A stretch of DNA of 64,000 nucleotides, from the NCBI GenBank assembly GCA_001819495.1, contig MHMW01000028.1, forward strand, positions 5,398-69,397. Reading direction: 5' to 3'. Positions 34,317-43,251 of this stretch are shown here, in pieces (position 1 is the stretch's first letter; each line of letters starts with the position of its first letter). Origin of the DNA: Candidatus Portnoybacteria bacterium RBG_19FT_COMBO_36_7 (GTDB lineage Bacteria > Patescibacteriota > Minisyncoccia > Portnoybacterales > GWB1-42-6). The position numbers and the translations under genes are program-made. A model generated the notes under the pieces. That model worked only from the letters and a program-made list of their open reading frames with translations, did no database searches and was not told the origin of the DNA.

Positions 34317-35294
34317 TTGTTTAAAAATTATAAAATTTTGAATCTGTTATCTGTAAAAGATATCAAAGGCCTGTTGCAAAAATATGATGCCGCCCCTCTG
34401 AAACGCATGGGGCAGAATTTTTTAATCAACCGCGGCGTATTGGAAAAAATAATTGAGGCGGCGGATCTGGACAAAAAAGATATTGTCCTTGAAATCGGGC
34501 CGGGCTTGGGCACCTTGACCCAAGAGCTGGCCAAACGCGCCAAAAAAGTCATCGCCATAGAAAAAGACAGAAAATTCGCCCAAATCCTGAAAGAAACGCT
34601 GAAACAATATAAGAATGTGAAGATAATTCAGGGGGACGTTCTTGAATTTCCAATTTCCAATTTCCAATTTCCAATTAAATTTCAAATTTCAAATTTCAAA
34701 TTTCCAAAAAAATATAAATTAATAGCAAATTTGCCCTATAATATCGCTTCGGCTGTTATCAGAAGATTCTTGGAAACAGAAAATACGCCACAGGAAATGA
34801 TTGTAATGGTCCAAAAGGAAGTTGCCCAGAGAATTTGCGCCTGCCCGCCATCGCTGCGCTCAGGCGCTAGCAGGCGGGCCTCGCCCGTCCGAAGCTCCGC
34901 TAAACGTAGCGAAGGAGGGCAAACCGCCCGCATGTCTCTTTTGGCTGTTTCCGTCCAGTTTTACAGCGAACCAAAAATTATCAGCCATGTTTCAAGGGGC
35001 TCTTTCTGGCCGAGCCCAAAAGTTGATTCGGCTATATTGAAAATAGTTCCCTTTAGCGACCCTGATGCCCGAATACACCCCAATGACCCGAATGCTTTTT
35101 TCAAAATTGTTAAAGCCGGATTTTCCAGCCCGCGCAAGCAGCTGGCTGGCAATTTGAGCAAACGCTTAAAAATAGAGCGCCATATAATAGAAAGAGTGTT
35201 AAAACAAGCGGGGATTGACCCCAGCCGCCGGGCTGAAACACTGAGCATGGAAGAATGGATAAAGATAGTCAAATATCTAATTCCCAATATCTAA
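34317..35294 (+). CDS. rsmA: 16S rRNA (adenine1518/1519-N6)-dimethyltransferase RsmA/KsgA, carrying two lineage-specific in-frame insertions. The ORF-track start is a TTG; the ATG at MGQNFLIN (34407) is an alternative.
   Basis: GQNFLIN, EIGPGLGTLT (SAM motif I), NLPYNIAS, and the C-terminal FWPSPKVDSAILKIVP block. Confidence 0.85.
   Translation: MFKNYKILNLLSVKDIKGLLQKYDAAPLKRMGQNFLINRGVLEKIIEAADLDKKDIVLEIGPGLGTLTQELAKRAKKVIAIEKDRKFAQILKETLKQYKNVKIIQGDVLEFPISNFQFPIKFQISNFKFPKKYKLIANLPYNIASAVIRRFLETENTPQEMIVMVQKEVAQRICACPPSLRSGASRRASPVRSSAKRSEGGQTARMSLLAVSVQFYSEPKIISHVSRGSFWPSPKVDSAILKIVPFSDPDARIHPNDPNAFFKIVKAGFSSPRKQLAGNLSKRLKIERHIIERVLKQAGIDPSRRAETLSMEEWIKIVKYLIPNI
34646..34708 (+). repeat. 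Tandem heptanucleotide array (ATTTCCA/ATTTCAA, about 9 units) inside the rsmA coding sequence, encoding FPISNFQFPIKFQISNFKFP.
   Basis: Directly visible: gaatttccaatttccaatttccaatttccaattaaatttcaaatttcaaatttcaaatttccaaa. The same motif family forms intergenic microsatellites elsewhere in the window. Confidence 0.7.
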
Positions 35295-35412
35295 TTTCCA
35301 ACAAAATTTTAAATGCCTTAATAACTAAAAAGTCTCGCTTCGCGGGACCCGTCTAGTGGCAGGCGAACTGGATTGAAAATTAAAAATTGGTAATTGGTAA
35401 TTTTATAGACAT

Positions 35413-35453
35413 GTGGATAACTGATTGAAAATCGGTTATTTTTTTGTGGATAA
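35413..35453 (+). promoter_or_regulatory. Two perfect DnaA-box 9-mers (TGTGGATAA) in direct orientation, 32 bp apart, in an AT-rich spacer.
   Basis: acaTGTGGATAActgattgaaaatcggttatttttttGTGGATAAatatg; a TATAAT-like (agTATAATaaa) follows. Confidence 0.5.
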
Positions 35454-35482
35454 ATATGTAGTATAATAAAATTAACAAAAAG

Positions 35483-36445
35483 ATGTTATCAAATAAACCC
35501 AAAAAATTCAGCGTTTTCGTGGCGGTTTTGATATTATTTTTTGGCGTTTTTTTTGGTGGCTTTTTATTTATCAAATCCAAAAGCGGCTCTGCCAGCATCA
35601 GCGGCCAGATAAGCTATCTTCTTGGCAGCAATACAAATTCAATCGCGCAGGATAAAAATCTTGATTCTGACAGCGACGGCCTGCCCGACTGGCAGGAAAA
35701 AATCTACAAGACCGACCCCAAAAAAGCGGACACTGACGGCGACGGCTACATGGACGGCGAAGAAGTGGCTTCCGGATACGACCCGACCAAAAAAGCGCCC
35801 AATGACGCCTTGCCCGGCACAGACGCAAGCAAAGCGCGGCCCATGCCAAAAAACCTGACCAAGGCCTTAAGCCAAAAGCTTGGCCAGGCAATTTTGAGCG
35901 GCAAAATTGCTTCTTTTAACAAAGAAACTGGCCAGCCCTTGACCGCCAAAGAAATCCAAAGCGAAGAAGGACTGAAACAATTGATTGAAGAAGCTTCCAG
36001 CCAAATGACAGCCGATTTCTCGCTTCCCGACATTCCGAATAAAGAAATAAAAATTTCAATCAGAATCAACGAAAAAGAAACACTGGCTTATCTGGATAAT
36101 CTCGGCCAATGCCTTCATGAAATGCCAAAAAAACCTGAATCGGAACTGCAATTTCTTTACGAAGCAGTCAAGAGCCGCAATTTTTCCAAAGTTAAAGAAA
36201 TCAGCGGCCTTTATGAAGATACTTATAATAAATTAAAGCAGGTAACCGTGCCGCCCAATATGGTTTCGGTGCATAAAAGAATTCTGGGTGTTCTCTGGGC
36301 AACCAATAATATTTACAAGGCGGTTATTAACATTGACCAAGATCCACTCAAAACAACTATCGCTTTTATGAGCTATGAAAACATAGCCAAAAAAACAGAA
36401 AAATTAATCCTGGACATGATAAAGGAAAGAGCAAAGTTTTTCTAA
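35483..36445 (+). CDS. Secreted/membrane-anchored protein with thrombospondin-type-3-like Ca-binding repeats (DxDxDG).
   Basis: N-terminal TM/signal segment; DSDSDGLPDWQEKIYKTDPKKADTDGDGYMDGEEVASGYDP. Confidence 0.5.
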   Translation: MLSNKPKKFSVFVAVLILFFGVFFGGFLFIKSKSGSASISGQISYLLGSNTNSIAQDKNLDSDSDGLPDWQEKIYKTDPKKADTDGDGYMDGEEVASGYDPTKKAPNDALPGTDASKARPMPKNLTKALSQKLGQAILSGKIASFNKETGQPLTAKEIQSEEGLKQLIEEASSQMTADFSLPDIPNKEIKISIRINEKETLAYLDNLGQCLHEMPKKPESELQFLYEAVKSRNFSKVKEISGLYEDTYNKLKQVTVPPNMVSVHKRILGVLWATNNIYKAVINIDQDPLKTTIAFMSYENIAKKTEKLILDMIKERAKFF

Positions 36446-36469
36446 AAATAAATTATCATTCAGCCATAA

Positions 36470-38023
36470 ATGATGAAATTTCCAAATAATCACAAAAAAT
36501 CCATTGCCGCTTTCCTGATTTTATTTGCGCTCCTGGCGCTGGCCGGCGGCCTTCTTATTCCCCAAAAACCGGCCAAAGCGCTCAACGCCACATTAGTGCA
36601 GCAGATTATTCAATTTATAATGGATAAGGTAAGCTGGGCAAAGGATTACGCAAAACAGCTGGAGCAGGAACTCTCGCTTAGCACAGTTGAAGAAATACAG
36701 GAGTGGTTTAAAGACGACACTCTTGAGCGCCGCGACCAGAGAGAATCATGGAATGAGGAAAGAAAAGAGCTGCTTGATGAACTGGTCAATGACGTGCTGG
36801 ACAATATGAAAGATATGGGAGACGGTGAACCGGCTTTTGTTGATCCATGGGCAGATTATCTCCAGGAAAAAACCCAAAAATATTTTGATGATTTTGTTGA
36901 AAACGAATTAGAACAGGCCGAAATATGCGAAACTTTTGAATCAGAGATCAAGGAATCGATTAAGGCCGGCAACGAACCATCTTATACGGAGCAGGCGGCA
37001 TCTAAAATAAGCAATCCTCAGGCGCTGTTGGATGGCGGCAGCCAGACTTTTTGGGACGATTATCTTGCAATGATTATGCCTTCGGGTAATCCTTTTGGTT
37101 CTTATATGATCGCCTCGGACGCAAAATTAGAACAAGAAGGCCTTGGCTATACAGCTGAAATATTTAAATTAACTGCCAACCAGGGTTTCCGCGGCACAGA
37201 AGAAACACCCGGCATAATCCAATCCTATGCGGCCCAGCGGGCCAGCATGATGGACCTTGATTATCTCCTAAATTCTGACGAGCTTGAAACATATTTTGGC
37301 TCGGTGGCTGACGCTTTCATCAACCGGATTTTCAGCGAGGGTTTAGAAGAAATGGAAACAGACGAATATGAACAGACCGAGCCGCCGCCTGATTATCCTC
37401 CTCAGGTAGACCCTGAAAAAGAAACCGTAACCTCTGTTGAATCTGATATCCCGCTTAAAAATGCTCTTGACCAAGCTCTAAAAGAAGCTATGACTCAGCT
37501 TGAAGATCTGCTTAGCGTGCAGCAGGAGAATTTAGAAGTGCTTCAATCAATTCAAGCTCTTCAAATTGAATGCGGCATCTCCACGCAAAACTCAACTGAA
37601 GAGATTAATTATATTAACGGGGCAATTGCCGAAACACAAAATATTATAGACTCAATCCAGCAGGCAATTGATGATTTTAATGCTTTAATCCCAATAATGG
37701 AAGATGTCTTGGATGCCTACGAATCAGGCGATCAAGATGCAATAGACTCGGCCTTAGCCGCTTATAACCAAGCTTATCCAGTCCTGATTTCAGACGTCAA
37801 CCAGATTACCGGCGAATCATCCGACGACTTCGCCAGCATGATTGAAAATCTTGGCAATTTTATAAGCGATACTATGGATCAATTAAATATATATCTGGAA
37901 CGCCTCGGCACTGAATCGGGCTCCATCTGCAGAGTTAATCTATATCTCAATAATCTTTATGCGTGGCTCCAATGCCTCAACGTCTGCTGCGCTGATATGT
38001 GTGATCCGGGGTTTATATTTTAA
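36470..38023 (+). CDS. Hypothetical secreted acidic protein with a Cys-rich C-terminus, in the type IV secretion-like cluster.
   Basis: Signal peptide MMKFPNNHKKSIAAFLILFALLALAGG. No recognised domain. Confidence 0.45.
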   Translation: MMKFPNNHKKSIAAFLILFALLALAGGLLIPQKPAKALNATLVQQIIQFIMDKVSWAKDYAKQLEQELSLSTVEEIQEWFKDDTLERRDQRESWNEERKELLDELVNDVLDNMKDMGDGEPAFVDPWADYLQEKTQKYFDDFVENELEQAEICETFESEIKESIKAGNEPSYTEQAASKISNPQALLDGGSQTFWDDYLAMIMPSGNPFGSYMIASDAKLEQEGLGYTAEIFKLTANQGFRGTEETPGIIQSYAAQRASMMDLDYLLNSDELETYFGSVADAFINRIFSEGLEEMETDEYEQTEPPPDYPPQVDPEKETVTSVESDIPLKNALDQALKEAMTQLEDLLSVQQENLEVLQSIQALQIECGISTQNSTEEINYINGAIAETQNIIDSIQQAIDDFNALIPIMEDVLDAYESGDQDAIDSALAAYNQAYPVLISDVNQITGESSDDFASMIENLGNFISDTMDQLNIYLERLGTESGSICRVNLYLNNLYAWLQCLNVCCADMCDPGFIF

Positions 38024-38079
38024 TCGTTAAAACCGAACATCTGAAAAACTTTTTCAAGAAAAACAGAAAAACTCTCTTA

Positions 38080-40179
38080 TTGGCTACTCTAACGGTTATA
38101 GCAGTGTCCGCTTTTTTTGTTTTTATCCCAACGCAAACAAAGGCCCAAGACGACGGAGGATCGACCACACCACAACTAGATGAATACGGACAACCAATAC
38201 CAGAGAAAACTTTCGAACAAACCACAGGGACAACTCCGGAAGCAGCAAAAGCAGCAGGCACAGAAGCTGGCAAAAAAGCTAAAGCCAATGGCGGATTGTG
38301 GAGCTGGATAGGCAATATGACTTTTAAGGTCGTCTTTAAACTTATAGACGGGATTCTTCAGGTTGTTTTAACTATTTTTGGCTGGATTCTTTATTTAGCC
38401 GCTGCTTTTCTTGATTTTGTATTAAATAGCAATCAGCTTAACAAGTTTACCAACGCAGAAATTGTCAAAGTCGGCTGGAAAATTTCCAGAGATACGGCCA
38501 ATATGTTCTTTGCCCTGATTCTGCTCATCATTTCTTTTGCCACTATCTTGCGCATAGAAAGCTACGGCATCAAACAAGTTCTGCCCCGCCTCATCATCGC
38601 CGCTCTTTTGATAAATTTCAGTCTAACTATTGCTGGCGTGATTGTTGATTTTTCGCAGGTTTTGACAAAACATTTTATTAATATGGGCGTATCGGGAACC
38701 AATGGCCAGAGTATCGGCACCACATTAGCTGACAAGATGAAAGTTACCCAAGGCGTTCTTAGAAATGCCGAGGAATCCGGTGCCCCACCAATAAACGAAG
38801 GGCTAGACGCTCTTGCCGCAGCTGCTATCGGGCTTTTTGCCGGTATTATTGTCATCTTAATAGCAGCTTTCACTATCTTTGCGGCCGCTATTTTCCTTAT
38901 GATACGTTATATTGCCCTCCTTTTCCTGCTTATATTGGCGCCTCTGGCCTGGTTCTTTTATATCGTGCCCGCCACCAGAAACTACTGGAGTATGTGGTGG
39001 AGCACTTTTCTCAAATGGGTTTTTTTCGCGCCTGCTTACGCTTTTTTCCTTTATCTCTCTTTAGAAATAATCAAAAGCGATCTCATGAAAAACATAGGAG
39101 TAGATTCCAATACTGTTGCGGCCGCAAAGGGATTTGGCCGATATACCCTCCCCACAATAGTTAATTTTATAGTTATCATCGGATTCCTACTTGGCTCTCT
39201 CATTGTCGCGCAAAAATTGGGGGTGATGGGCGCAGGAGCGGCTATGTCCATGGTTAAAAGGTCCGGCAAGAGCGTGGGCAAATTTGCCGCCAGAAAAGGC
39301 ACCGGTTATGACAAGTGGGCTCCGGCAGCAACTCGTCTATCCGGAGCGACCCTCGCCAAAATTCCTGGCTTTAAAAATTTAGGGAAGTCTCTCCAAGGCA
39401 GAGCAATCCAAATGAAAGAAAAAAGGCTTGAAACTCCGCAAAACAAAGCACTACAGAAATATTATAATTCTCTGTCACCAAGTGATCAGCTGGCGGAAAT
39501 GAATAGAGCCAATGGCCAAGCTAAACTTATTGCCACTCAGGCAGCTCAATCCAGCGGCGCATTAAACACCGCCTCTACGGCTGATCTAAAAACAGCGGCG
39601 AATACCTTTAGACAATTTGGCAAAGATAAAGAAGCGCGCGACCTTGAGAATAAACGGCCGGAGATTTCTGTAAATGTAGATTCGGCTATTAAAAAGATAT
39701 CCGAAGAAGGCAATCTTAATTCAATACATGCTCAATCTTTGGATAACCATGAAGTGGTTGAGGCCATTGTAAAATATAATGGGCCGGCAGCAATAGAAGC
39801 CCTTCGGAATAAATCCAAACAACACGAAGACAAACTTGTCCCAACGCTTGAAAAACTTGCCAAGACTCATCCAACAGATGACAAAATTCAGTTTGCATAT
39901 GCGTCTCAGTCTGGCGATGTGTCAAGAATGACTACTGCCCAAAAAGAAGAATGGGCGTCAAAAGCCGGACCGGCAGGACTCTCACGAATGAAAATTACAA
40001 ATGTTTTAGATATAGCGCCTATAGCGGCAAATATACCGCCGAATACTCTACGTAAAATCGTCCAGGAAATGAAAGATCCTACCACTATAAAAATGATTGT
40101 AAATCATGTTATCAGCAATACAAGCACCAAAGCAAATAAAGCCGCCAGTGCCGATCCTTTTATAGCTAACCAGATTTAA
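38080..40179 (+). CDS. Polytopic membrane protein, VirB6/TrbL-like (type IV secretion channel component), with a ~300-aa soluble C-terminal domain.
   Basis: N-terminal signal/TM segment followed by at least 6 hydrophobic helices (e.g. VVLTIFGWILYLAAAFLDFVL, IIVILIAAFTIFAAAIFLMIRYIALLFLLILAPLAWFFYIV). Context: next to VirB3- and VirB4-like genes. Confidence 0.4.
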   Translation: MATLTVIAVSAFFVFIPTQTKAQDDGGSTTPQLDEYGQPIPEKTFEQTTGTTPEAAKAAGTEAGKKAKANGGLWSWIGNMTFKVVFKLIDGILQVVLTIFGWILYLAAAFLDFVLNSNQLNKFTNAEIVKVGWKISRDTANMFFALILLIISFATILRIESYGIKQVLPRLIIAALLINFSLTIAGVIVDFSQVLTKHFINMGVSGTNGQSIGTTLADKMKVTQGVLRNAEESGAPPINEGLDALAAAAIGLFAGIIVILIAAFTIFAAAIFLMIRYIALLFLLILAPLAWFFYIVPATRNYWSMWWSTFLKWVFFAPAYAFFLYLSLEIIKSDLMKNIGVDSNTVAAAKGFGRYTLPTIVNFIVIIGFLLGSLIVAQKLGVMGAGAAMSMVKRSGKSVGKFAARKGTGYDKWAPAATRLSGATLAKIPGFKNLGKSLQGRAIQMKEKRLETPQNKALQKYYNSLSPSDQLAEMNRANGQAKLIATQAAQSSGALNTASTADLKTAANTFRQFGKDKEARDLENKRPEISVNVDSAIKKISEEGNLNSIHAQSLDNHEVVEAIVKYNGPAAIEALRNKSKQHEDKLVPTLEKLAKTHPTDDKIQFAYASQSGDVSRMTTAQKEEWASKAGPAGLSRMKITNVLDIAPIAANIPPNTLRKIVQEMKDPTTIKMIVNHVISNTSTKANKAASADPFIANQI

Positions 40180-40184
40180 AAACT

Positions 40185-41300
40185 ATGCCAGATGATTTTC
40201 TTCAAAAAGTAAACTTGTTGCCTCAAGCTGTCAAAGACGTTATTTTTTCAAATTTGCCAGCTTCAGAAAATTATAAGGCTGCCACCAGTTACGGAATTAA
40301 TGATGCAAGGCTAAATATAATTGCAAAGATAATCGGCCTTGTATTTGTCAAGGACGTTCCATTAGAAAAACTGCCAGATGCTTTTCAAAAAAATCTGCAA
40401 GTAGAAGAATCAATTGCAACAGGTTTAGCTTTATCTATAACAAAATCTGTTTTCTTGCCATTAAAAGATTTTTTTACTGACGTCGAAAGCTTAACTATCG
40501 CCTGGTCGCCAAAAGCCGCTCCGCCAACTTTCCCGCCCCAGTCATTGGGAATTGAGACAGAAGAGAAACCGACCCAAGCTGATGCTCAAGGACAAGCTCA
40601 GGTTACTGCCGGACCAGAAACAGAATACCATCGGACAATTGCATCGGCTCTTGCTAAAAATGAAGACGCATTATCAAAACAGATCATCACCACCAATCCG
40701 ATAAAGTTTGCCGATTCGGAAATGCTAAAATTCCCTTCGGTCAAAAATTGGCTGGCCGACTACCTAAAATACAGAAGTAATTTTCCAGACCAGGAATATT
40801 CCTTAATCAGAGCCAAGTATATCAACGATACCCCGAATACCAAAGGTTTGAGCGAAAAGGAACGCCTGATACTTGCTCAGATATTAAGATCGCATGACGA
40901 ATTTACCGCTCTGCCTTTTTCTCAACAAACCGGCTTATTGCTTATAGACAAATTAGAATTGCCGATAAACGCGCCGCCAAAACAGCCGCCAGCTGCTCCC
41001 GCGCCACAACCGGCAACTCAGGCACCTCCAAGAATCCCTGTTCAGCAATCGGCTGCACCAGCACCGATTATACCGACCTATCCCGCGACACCCGCACCGC
41101 CCAGCGCTTTGCCGGCTAGCCAACCTCCCAAACCTGCTGCCGCACAAACTGCACCTCCGTCCCAGCCGCAAAAACAAGATACTTATCGGGAACAAGTCAG
41201 TTCGCAAGATATGGCCGGGCCGCAGCCTGCGCCAAAACCGGTGCCAAAGCTTAACGGAAATGTCATCAATCTGAAAGATATCTCATCCTGGCAACAATAG
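40185..41300 (+). CDS. Hypothetical protein with a Pro/Ala/Gln-rich C-terminal region.
   Basis: PPKQPPAAPAPQPATQAPPRIPVQQSAAPAPIIPTYPATPAPP low-complexity tail. Confidence 0.45.
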   Translation: MPDDFLQKVNLLPQAVKDVIFSNLPASENYKAATSYGINDARLNIIAKIIGLVFVKDVPLEKLPDAFQKNLQVEESIATGLALSITKSVFLPLKDFFTDVESLTIAWSPKAAPPTFPPQSLGIETEEKPTQADAQGQAQVTAGPETEYHRTIASALAKNEDALSKQIITTNPIKFADSEMLKFPSVKNWLADYLKYRSNFPDQEYSLIRAKYINDTPNTKGLSEKERLILAQILRSHDEFTALPFSQQTGLLLIDKLELPINAPPKQPPAAPAPQPATQAPPRIPVQQSAAPAPIIPTYPATPAPPSALPASQPPKPAAAQTAPPSQPQKQDTYREQVSSQDMAGPQPAPKPVPKLNGNVINLKDISSWQQ

Positions 41301-41339
41301 GTATTTTTGATTTTGATATGTCATTCTGATCTTTGAATT

Positions 41340-41642
41340 TTGATATTTGATAAAATATTTATGCAATTCAACGTCCCCCAGTTTTTGAATATTGAAGACA
41401 AAGTCATCGGTCCTTTTACTTTAAAACAATTCGGCTATCTGGCCGGCGCAGGCGGAGTAATTTTTTTGATATATACGGCAGTGCCAAATTTATTTCTTTT
41501 TATTTTGCTTTCAATTCCCGTTTTTACCTTTGCTGTGGCGCTGGCATTTTTAAAAATCAACGGCCGGCCTTTTATAAACATCATCATCTCTTTTATCATT
41601 TATACAGGCAAGCCCAAACTTTTTATCTGGAGAAAGAAGTGA
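41340..41642 (+). CDS. PrgI/VirB3-like small two-TM type IV secretion protein.
   Basis: MQFNVPQFLNIEDKVIGPFTLKQFGYLAGAGGVIFLIY followed by a second TM helix. Size and topology are those of PrgI/VirB3, and it sits next to VirB4. Confidence 0.45.
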   Translation: MIFDKIFMQFNVPQFLNIEDKVIGPFTLKQFGYLAGAGGVIFLIYTAVPNLFLFILLSIPVFTFAVALAFLKINGRPFINIIISFIIYTGKPKLFIWRKK

Positions 41643-41675
41643 GAACAGCGATCCTAATTTACAAATTACATCCGA

Positions 41676-42113
41676 ATGCTCCGAATACATAAAAAGGTGC
41701 TGCATGCAGAAATATCTTACGAGCTGACAGGAATTTTATTTAAACTTCACAGAACATTAGGCCGTTTCTGCCGAGAAAGACAATATTGCGATAAACTAGA
41801 AGAATTATTAAAAGAAAACAGATTTGAATATAAGCGTGAATATGAAATTAGCAAATTAAAAAATAGTATTCAGGGCGATAAGACAGACTTTTTAATTGAA
41901 AACAAGATTATCCTTGATATCAAAGCGAAGAAATTTATAACAAAAGAGGACTATTTGCAAATGCAACGATATTTGCAGTGTTCAGAATTAGAATTAGGAC
42001 TAATTGTTAATTTTCGCAATACATATTTAAAACCAAAAAGGATATTGAATACAAAATTATATTCGGATAATTCGGATGCCCATTCGGATTATTCGGATCG
42101 CTTTAACAGATGA
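41676..42113 (+). CDS. GxxExxY-family protein (PD-(D/E)xK-like), a selfish/intervening-type ORF.
   Basis: TDFLIENKIILDIKAKKFITKEDYLQMQRYLQCSELELGLIVNF matches the GxxExxY family C-terminal half (DllVe.kvivElKav......aQllnYLk...l.lGLLiNF). Confidence 0.6.
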   Translation: MLRIHKKVLHAEISYELTGILFKLHRTLGRFCRERQYCDKLEELLKENRFEYKREYEISKLKNSIQGDKTDFLIENKIILDIKAKKFITKEDYLQMQRYLQCSELELGLIVNFRNTYLKPKRILNTKLYSDNSDAHSDYSDRFNR

Positions 42114-42796
42114 ACGGATCCTCAAAACAAAAATCAAGCGTCCTGAAAAAAATTCCCATTGCCGATATCAAAGACAATGTGGTTATAATGAAAGACACCT
42201 CGCTAAGAGGCGTTTTAATGACAAATTCGCTCAATTTTTCTTTAAAATCAACCGAGGAACAGGACGCTATCACATACCGATATCAGGATTTCTTAAATTC
42301 GCTTGATTTTCCGCTCCAGATACTGATTGTCACCAGAAAATTTGACGTTTCCGATTATCTGGTCATGCTGGAAAAAAAGCGCAACGAGCAGGATAATGAA
42401 CTTTTAAAAATCCAGGTTTCCGAATACATTGATTTTATCAAAGGACTGACCCAGTTGGTCAATATCATGAGCACCTATTTTTATCTTGTTGTGCCTTTCT
42501 CTCCAAGCGAAGAGGCAAAAAAGAAAGCAGAGGGAAAGGGGATATCGGGCAATATCACCGGCCTTTTCTCGGGATTTGGCAAAAAAGACGCCCAGCAGAA
42601 AATCCAGAGCTATGACGAACTGCGAACCGGCCTCTGGCAGAGAATGGAGTATATTTCTTCAGGCCTTTCGGCCATCGGCCTAAAAACCGTCACCTTAAAC
42701 AACGAGGAATTGCTTGAGCTTTATTATCGGATGTATAACCCTGATGCCAAAGAAAAGCCGAAAATAGAGACGGAACAACCAATTCCCAATTCCTAA
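42110..42796 (+). CDS. Type IV secretion-associated hypothetical protein. It loosely resembles the N-terminal region of Gram-positive VirB4/PrgJ-type proteins.
   Basis: IPIADIKDNVVIMKDTSLRGVLMTNSLNFSLKSTEEQDAITYRYQDFLNSLDFPLQILI pattern. Weak; context only. Confidence 0.3.
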   Translation: MNGSSKQKSSVLKKIPIADIKDNVVIMKDTSLRGVLMTNSLNFSLKSTEEQDAITYRYQDFLNSLDFPLQILIVTRKFDVSDYLVMLEKKRNEQDNELLKIQVSEYIDFIKGLTQLVNIMSTYFYLVVPFSPSEEAKKKAEGKGISGNITGLFSGFGKKDAQQKIQSYDELRTGLWQRMEYISSGLSAIGLKTVTLNNEELLELYYRMYNPDAKEKPKIETEQPIPNS

Positions 42797-42821
42797 TTTC
42801 CAATTTCCAATAAAAATCCCA

Positions 42822-43202
42822 ATGCCAAATGAAAAAAGAATTTATGACTTGGAGGAAAGAACAGCTAAATTTGGAGAAAACATCATAGAATTTGCCAAAA
42901 AAATACCTAAAACTCCCATAACTATTCCCTTAATAAGTCAACTAGTCAGATCAGGAACGAGCATCGGCTCCAATTATTGCGAAGCGGACTGCGCAGAATC
43001 ACGAAAAGACTTTGAACATAAACTGGGGATATCTAAAAAAGAAGCAAAGGAATCCAAGCACTGGTTAAGAATGGTGGCAAAAGCAGTCCCGGAACTAAAG
43101 GAATACGCCAAAACTCTCTGGAAAGAATCTAATGAGCTTCAATTAATATTTATTTCAATAATTAAAAAATCTAAAATCAATAAAAATAAATTTGAAATTT
43201 AG
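42822..43202 (+). CDS. Four-helix-bundle protein (23S rRNA intervening-sequence protein family, TIGR02436-like), a selfish/intervening-type ORF.
   Basis: IYDLEERTAKFGENIIEF...IPLISQLVRSGTSIGSNYCEA...KDFEHKLGISKKEAKESKHWLRM is the family signature. Confidence 0.65.
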   Translation: MPNEKRIYDLEERTAKFGENIIEFAKKIPKTPITIPLISQLVRSGTSIGSNYCEADCAESRKDFEHKLGISKKEAKESKHWLRMVAKAVPELKEYAKTLWKESNELQLIFISIIKKSKINKNKFEI

Positions 43203-43251
43203 AAATTAGACATTTTATTGGTAATTATTAATTGGATATTAGAAATTTTTT

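Noticed and set aside
35598-35891. 97-aa minus-strand Arg/Cys-rich ORF in a GC-rich patch, considered as a foreign insertion.
   Set aside because: The plus-strand frame encodes genuine thrombospondin-type-3-like DxDxDG calcium-binding repeats of gene 35483-36445. The GC-richness comes from Asp/Gly/Pro codons, and the minus ORF is a shadow.
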